Assembly: GCA_009103225.1 (NCBI GenBank)
Contig: RHPI01000260.1
Span: 630,203-694,202, forward strand
Direction of reading: 5' to 3'
From: Chlorokybus atmophyticus
Taxonomy: Eukaryota; Plantae; Mesostigma and Chlorokybus algae
Length of the DNA stretch: 64,000 bases
In this document: positions 60,981-64,000 of the stretch, one piece after another
How positions within the stretch are numbered: position 1 is the stretch's first letter
Layout of the letters: each line of letters opens with the position of its first letter
Position numbers and translations under genes: made by a program
The notes under the pieces: generated by a model
What the model saw: only the letters and a program-made list of their open reading frames with translations
The model's database searches: none
What the model was told of the DNA's origin: nothing

Positions 60981-63545
60981 ATGTCGACGCGTGTCACTGC
61001 AGGCGTTGGCGCAAACTTGATCGGGCAGCACTCGGCGGAGCGAAACCAGGATGCTACATGTTATGTTGGCAACTTGGACCCCCAGGCAAGTTCCTCCAAC
61101 CGTGCATGCAATAGATATATACAATGGCTTGAGGAGCTACGCACGTTCAAGTTGTCTGGCCCAGCAGTGTCATAAAAACCAGTAGCATAACCATGAGGCG
61201 AAGCTCGTTTCAAGGTGGAGCAGGCTTATGACGTTTGTCATATACTTACACGCATTATACAACTCACGCACTAGTTATGGGTATTGTTGTCAATTTCCTG
61301 TCTGTCATGTTCTGTGATACGACCTGACAAACGGCGCATAGCCGTCAGGTGTTTACAAGCTGCAAGCTTTGCTTCTGGACGACTTGTGACTTGTTGCTGA
61401 TTGGTATTGGCTCTTCGCTGTGGTTAGTCGCTCCTTGCCAACTTGTACTACCGCCTTGCAACATATAAATGTCACAAGAGCATGTCTCGAGATGAACCCT
61501 GGCAGGGAAATGTGGCATGGGCTTTCTGAGATGACTTAGCTAGGGAAACTCAATACGTCAAAACTCCGTGCTTGCGTCGTCACAGTGCACAGTATGTTTT
61601 GACACACACAGCACTGGTGTTATATGCACCCTGGTGTCATAATTGAGGTACTCCTGCTTGCAGTCTACAGTCACGCGTACCAGAAGCAGCGCTCTCGTTG
61701 GTTGGTACTGTCTAGTGCTCAATGTTCTTTTATTGTCAGGTGTCTGAAGAGCTGCTATGGGAGCTATTCGTACAAGCTGGGCCGGTAGGTGAGTGCAGCT
61801 GTTTACGTATACATTTCGCATTGTTCTCTTTCACAGCTGCCTTCAAGCAGGCACCAGCTGTTGCGAACTTTCTGCCTGCATATCAGGGCTGACATACCTG
61901 TCATACAGTTAATGTCTACGTCCCAAAAGACCGAGTTTCCGGTCACCATCAGAGCTATGGGTTCGTGGAGTTCCGAGCCGAGGAGGATGCCGAATATGTG
62001 AGTAGCTTCCTATGCGTAATAGCTGAAGGTTGTTGTACATATTCGTTCACCTTTGATGCTTTATTGCTCCATGACATGTTGGCTCTCTTGCTGCAAGTTT
62101 CCTCATAATGTTCTTGTCCTCTAGGCGGTTAAGATTCTAAACTACATCAAGATGTTTGGCAAGCCTATACGTGTAAACAAGGTGCGTGGTAGGAAAGCTG
62201 TTGGGCAACTGGGCATGATCTTGACATCCCTTTGTTGACATGTGTATCATGTACAGGCGTCACAAGACAGGAAGCAACTTGATGTTGGTGCCAACCTGTT
62301 TATCGGCAACCTCGATCCGGTAAGCGCTGGCTGCCTGAGGGCTGTAGTCAGCGAAAGCCTTTTCGTAATGATAACATCCTGATGTAATGCAGGAAGTGGA
62401 CGAGAAGCTGCTGTATGACACGTTCAGTGCGTTTGGCGTGATAGTACAAACACCCAAGGTGAGTGCAGTTTCCAGCCTGCATACGAGGGTTGCACATGGG
62501 AAATTGTTTACACTTGGCCCTGTGTAGATCATGAGGGACCCAGACACTGGTAACTCAAGGGGATTTGGTTTCATCAGTTACGATTCGTTTGAGGCTTCTG
62601 ATGCAGCCATTGAGGTGAGACACTCTGCCAGGTTATGGTTGCTATTGCGCAGTTTGTGATGTGCTTTGCCTCCTCCAAAACTGCCTGTGCCTGTTCAGGC
62701 TATGAACGGTCAATACTTGTGCAACCGTGCAATCACAGTCACATACGCCTACAAGAAGGACACCAAGGGTGAACGGCATGGCACACCAGCAGGTGTGTTG
62801 GGATCAGCGACAGGCATTGTGTGGTGGCTCTCCCTGCTACTATGTGTCGTGCTGTTTTGTTTGCCATGGCACTCACACTTGTCATTACTGGGCTCAGAGC
62901 GGCTGCTCGCGGCTAACAACCCTGCAGCAAGGAGTCGTCCGCACACGATGTTTGCATCAGCACCCCCAGACGCCAGCATGGCGGCTGCGCCTGCCCCTGT
63001 TCCGACTTATACAGCGCCGCACATGATGCCTCAAGGCATGCCTCCACCACCAAGTAAGTGGCACATCTGCGGGTGTGCGTTGGTTCATTGGTGGCTAGTT
63101 AAATGGACCAGCATCATACCATTGCATTGCACTTTTGTCTGGGAATGTGGCCAATGAAGGGATTATGATGCATACAGTGTGCATGCCAGTCACACAATTG
63201 TGTTGTTTGCTTCTGCCTCCAGTGATGCAGCACCATCCGGGTATGCCGCCACCGTACGCGCCTTACCAGTATGCTCCACCGCCAATGGGCATGCCGCCGC
63301 CCCCGCCGCAGCCATACCAGTATCAGCAACAGGGCATGCCGCCCCCCTTCCGGCCTCCGCCCGGCATGCCTCCACCGCCGCCGCCCCAGCAGCAACCGTT
63401 CAGGCCGCCATCAACCCCGCCCCCGCCTCCACCAGCACAAAACCAGCAGCCTCCTGGCATGCCACCCCCGCCACCCCCGCCAAGCTCAGCAGGTTTCCGA
63501 CCACCGCCGCCAGGCATGCCTCCCCCGCCGCCACCCCCTGCATAG
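60981..63545 (+). CDS. SF3B4: Splicing factor 3B subunit 4 (two RRMs plus Pro-rich tail)
   Basis: [16 protein letters not shown]|[16 protein letters not shown]|[10 protein letters not shown]...YGFVEF...KPIRVNK|AS...[13 protein letters not shown]|[15 protein letters not shown]...[20 protein letters not shown]|[29 protein letters not shown]. Confidence 0.97.
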
Positions 63546-64000
63546 AGTGTCCACACTATCAGCCGAGTGGAGTCGAGTTGCAACGATTGTGTCTCACAGC
63601 TGAGGGTACCAGTGTGGCGTTGTATTGCATAGGGTGTCAATTGTAGTCTGCATAGATGTACGTGGCACATGAGCTTGTCAATCCCCTGCTGACTAACGGC
63701 ATGACTTTGGGCCAACCCCAGCCTGCCCGTGTTACAAGTCACACTGAGCCACATCTCTGCTGTCAGCTGCTCAGCAGATGGACAGCTCAGTAAAGCAGAT
63801 GCGTTGAGCAGGCCACGCTCTCAGACATTAGCGCTGTAATTCAACTTGAGTGACACTGTTAGGGACACCATGAATCTCAGCGCTAGTAACACTCACAATG
63901 CTAAGTGCGGATCATACCATGGACGACAACGGTCGTCACACAAAAACATTGGCCCCAACATGCACAAGTCGCGTACAGCCTGACATGCCTAGCCTCCACT

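Noticed and set aside
1-64000. U12-type introns, tRNA, rRNA and spliceosomal snRNA genes
   Set aside because: No in-context RTATCCTT donor, tRNA cloverleaf with T-loop consensus, or snRNA/rRNA signature was found by eye; a tRNAscan or Infernal run would be needed to exclude them fully.

Overview
Gene-dense, intron-rich eukaryotic nuclear DNA from a green-lineage (Viridiplantae) alga. The plant-type gene set (NEF1, PRA1.A, At3g49140-like, KDTA, NodGS-like domain) and telo-box motifs suggest an early-diverging streptophyte alga, but this is inference. I reconstructed 17 protein-coding loci by hand from GT/GC-AG splice signals. In order: an F-box gene with an in-frame stop, PIGN, NEF1, UTP21/WDR36, a DeSI/PPPDE peptidase, an orphan gene, a hybrid histidine kinase, UTP17/WDR75, a NodGS/FluG-type GS domain, a Kdo transferase, Bin3/MEPCE, TRAPPC4, PRA1, an At3g49140-like gene, a WD40 gene, RPAP2/RTR1 and SF3B4. 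Most sit in head-to-head pairs around short GC-rich promoters. No rRNA, tRNA, CRISPR array or intact transposase was recognised. Strongest leads: (1) an intron-rich, bacterial-style tripartite sensor kinase (TM-PAS-HisKA-HATPase-REC-REC-HPt) with a possible plastid transit peptide; (2) a probable bicistronic TRAPPC4-PRA1 unit (75-nt spacer, ATG-depleted first ORF); (3) a shared leader module (AATTAGGGC, (GGC)n, micro-uORF) in the two SSU-processome genes; (4) a TGA exactly at the conserved F-box Trp; (5) a 22-bp exon-intron inverted repeat that loops out a PIGN 3' splice site. Gene boundaries, especially start codons, are manual estimates; family assignments come from recalled motifs, not database searches.
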